From the NCBI GenBank assembly GCA_030390025.1, contig JASTWF010000048.1:2046001-2110000 (forward strand): DNA of 64,000 nt. The letters run 5' to 3'. Source of the stretch: Squalus acanthias. Lineage: Eukaryota. Position 1 is the stretch's first letter, and each line of letters opens with the position of its first letter. Positions 61,380 to 64,000 of this stretch are shown here, piece after piece. The notes below the pieces were generated by a model that was not told the origin of the DNA, did not search any database, and saw nothing but the letters and a program-made list of their open reading frames with translations. The position numbers and the translations under genes are program-made.

Positions 61380-61914
61380 AAGACTCCAGGCGCAGTAATA
61401 CACGGCCGAGTGATTCGCCAGCAGGTGGGAGGACTTCAGGTTGAACTCGTTGTCATTCGGTCTCTCGGCGGTAAAACCGTACACCGTCCCCTCTGCATTC
61501 ACGTGATTAGCAATCGTGGAGTAAAACATTAACTGCGGCTCCTTCCCCGCGTCCTGTCTGTACCAGTACATGTATCCGCTACTGGCGCCTTCCACGTCGC
61601 ACTTCAGTACCACTCCCTTCCCAGGAAAATTGGAGAGAGCGGCGGGAGTCTGGCGGATCGTCTGCGAGTTCACATCTGGGAAAGAGACGGTGAGAGTAAG
61701 AGATAAGTAAACAGGCGAAATCTCTGCTGTGGAGTTAAAAAGAATTAAAGAGCGAGAGAATGAAGGGAAGAACCAAGGGAAGAATAGAAAGAAACGAAAG
61801 GAATAAAGAAAGAAGGAAAGAAATAAAGAGTATAGAAAGTTTATTGAAAAAGACTATTGTTTGAAAAAGTCCCTTACATTGAAATAAGATCATGAGACTC
61901 ATTAACAGATACAT
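61380..61914 (-). CDS. TRBV: TCR beta V segment family A (A21), apparently functional; exons 61878-61914 and 61380-61675
   Basis: Leader MYLLMSLMILFQ; V VNSQTIRQTP..VLKCDVEGASSGYMYWYRQ..YYCAWSL. Confidence 0.92.
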
Positions 61915-63146
61915 CCTTTATTTAAAAGATTTACTTTTAAAAATGAAATCAGCGAAAACAAGAGCGTTGAGTCTCGTGAGGATCCAACCGCTCTTTTCAA
62001 ATAATTGACGAGCGGAAGGAAGTGATGCAGGCCACGCCCTCTCTGATTGACAGCATCGCTCATCCACTCCTACGCTGATTGACAGACCCGCCCCACTCTC
62101 TGAAACATAGTCCCGCCCCCCACGCTGATTGACAGACCCGTCCTCACTCTCTGATACATTGTCCCGCCCCCCACGCTGATTGACAGTCCAACCCCTACCT
62201 CTCTGTTTGGCAGTAAGGAGAGCAAACGGGAGCAGGTAGTTGCAGTGTTGAGCTAAACTGTTGAGTGAATGAGAAAAAACAGCGACAGCTAGAGTTTAAC
62301 GTGGAACGTGGGCAAGTATGAGGCCAACCACTGGGGGCATAAGGAGGAAACATCAGTGTATTTTCTAACTGATGAGAAGCTGGAAACTGTCGAGGAGCAA
62401 AGAGATTTAGTTGGCCCGGTACACAAATCAATAAAAACCAGGAGACAGGTGCAAAAAGGAATCAAACAGCTTAATGCAATGTTGGCCTTTATGTCAAGGA
62501 GGCTGGAATACAAAAGGGAGGAAGTTATGCTTCAGTTGGGCAGACCTCTGTCAGACTCCAAGTGGCAAACGAGGTTCTGTTCTGGGGAACGCACCTCAGG
62601 AAGGACGTTTTGGTCTTGCAGGGAGTGCAAGGCAGATTCACCAGAATGCTTAGAGGGTTAAATTATGAAGACAGGTTGCATAGAATATCCTTGTCTGCCC
62701 TTGCATATACAAGATTGAGGGATGAACTGATTTAGTCTTTTGAGGTTAAAAGGTGTTGATAGGGTAGACAGAATGAAAGTATGTCCACTGGTGGCGGAGT
62801 CCAAAACAACGGGGCATAACTTTACAGTGAGAGCTAAGCCTTTCTCGCGTGAGGGCAGGAAGCACTTCTTCACACAAAGGGCAGTGAGAATCTTCAATTC
62901 TCTGCACGAAAACGATGTGGGTGCTGGCGGTCAAATAGAGATTTCTTTACCGAGATTGATAGATTTTTTCTTGAATTAGTTAGCAAATCAAGAGATAGGG
63001 AGCAAAAGCGGGTCGATGGATTTAAGTTAAGTTACAGCTATGATCCAATTGAATAGCGAAGTTGGGTTGACGAGCTGAATGGCCTCCTCCTGTTTCTGTC
63101 TTTCTATTAAACCATGTTCCAGGCACTGAAATCTTTCATGGTCCTA

Positions 63147-63164
63147 GACCGCCCTCTGCTGTCC
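63147..63164 (-). promoter_or_regulatory. Putative CTCF-binding element
   Basis: GGACAGCAGAGGGCGGTC. Confidence 0.55.
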
Positions 63165-63672
63165 TTGTGGAGAAACACAGCGTCAGTCGACAAAAACCCA
63201 CNNNNNNNNNNNNNNNNNNNNNNNNNNNNNNNNNNNNNNNNNNNNNNNNNNNNNNNNNNNNNNNNNNNNNNNNNNNNNNNNNNNNNNNNNNNNNNNNNNN
63301 NNNNNNNNNNNNNNNNNNNNNNNNNNNNNNNNNNNNNTCGTTCTATCTTTCTGTCTTTGTGCCATTCTTTCTCTATCCTTTTATTTTTATTTCTCTATCA
63401 CGATATCATTCTTTCCTTCATTACTTATATATTTAATTCTCTCTTTCTACCTTTTTTACATGCCTTCTTTCCTTTCTTTTTTTTGCTTTGATTATTTGAG
63501 TTTGTTTTGCTCAGCCCCAACTCCACCTATCACTGATAGCCAGTGACCTCGGCGGACTGAATGTGCTCAACACTTCAGACAGGACAGATTGATGTTGTGC
63601 CCAAGCAACATATCCTTCTATTGCTTTCTCATTCTTGTGTTTATGTAGCTTCCCCTTAAATGCATCTATGCT

Positions 63673-63960
63673 ACTCGAAGTAACTGGCTATCTCATAGAA
63701 GGCAGAGGGTTTGGTGGATGGAAAATTTTCGGACTGGAGACCAGTTACCAGCGGTGTGCCACAGGGGTCGGTGCTGGGTCCTCTGCTGTTTGTGATTTTT
63801 ATCAATGACTTGGAGGAGGGGACTGAAGGGTGGATCAGTAAATTTGCTGATGACACCAAGATTGGTGGAGTAGTGGATGAGGTGGAGGGATGTTGTAGGC
63901 TGCAAAGAAACATTGATAGGATGCAGAGCTGGGCAGAAAAATGGCAGATGGAATTTAACA
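63673..63960 (+). mobile_element. CR1 LINE RT fragment
   Basis: [35 protein letters not shown]. Confidence 0.9.
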
Positions 63961-64000
63961 TTTGGATAATCATAATTTAATAGGACAAAGTCAGCATGGT

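Noticed and set aside
1-64000. D, J or C segments; NAR-TCR or Ig cluster organisation
   Set aside because: No FGxG J exon with RSS, no C-domain exon and no valid 12-RSS seen. The V segments have their own leaders and lack IgH/NAR hallmarks.

Overview
Vertebrate genomic DNA, very probably a cartilaginous fish (shark-type CR1 LINE remnants, Deu-domain tRNA-SINEs and a Penelope-like element). The window is the interior of a germline T-cell receptor variable-segment array, best matching TCR beta (TRBV). I count 21 V segments or remnants in four families. Family A has 12 members (TRBV30-like, ...YYCAWS), family B has 5 (...YYCACS), family C has 3 (...YFCACS/G) and family D is one inverted relic (...YCAS). 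Twenty lie on the minus strand; intact copies have a phase-1 leader exon, intron, V exon and 23-bp-spacer RSS. About 9-10 look functional, 4 are questionable and 7 are pseudogenes. No D, J or C segments are present. The array arose by tandem triplication of an A-B-A-B-C-A cassette, later modified by deletions and TE insertions. Non-coding highlights: (1) about 18 co-oriented CTCF-like motifs, roughly one per V, including RSS-proximal sites in family B, resembling the CBE arrays used for cohesin/RAG scanning in mammals; (2) Ets+CRE promoter elements; (3) a variable-copy GC-box/CCAAT promoter minisatellite; (4) a Penelope-like element with two inverted minimal hammerhead ribozymes; (5) a Harbinger-like MITE with its TSD and empty paralogous sites. 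N-runs hide some features. All assignments were made by eye; no database searches were run.
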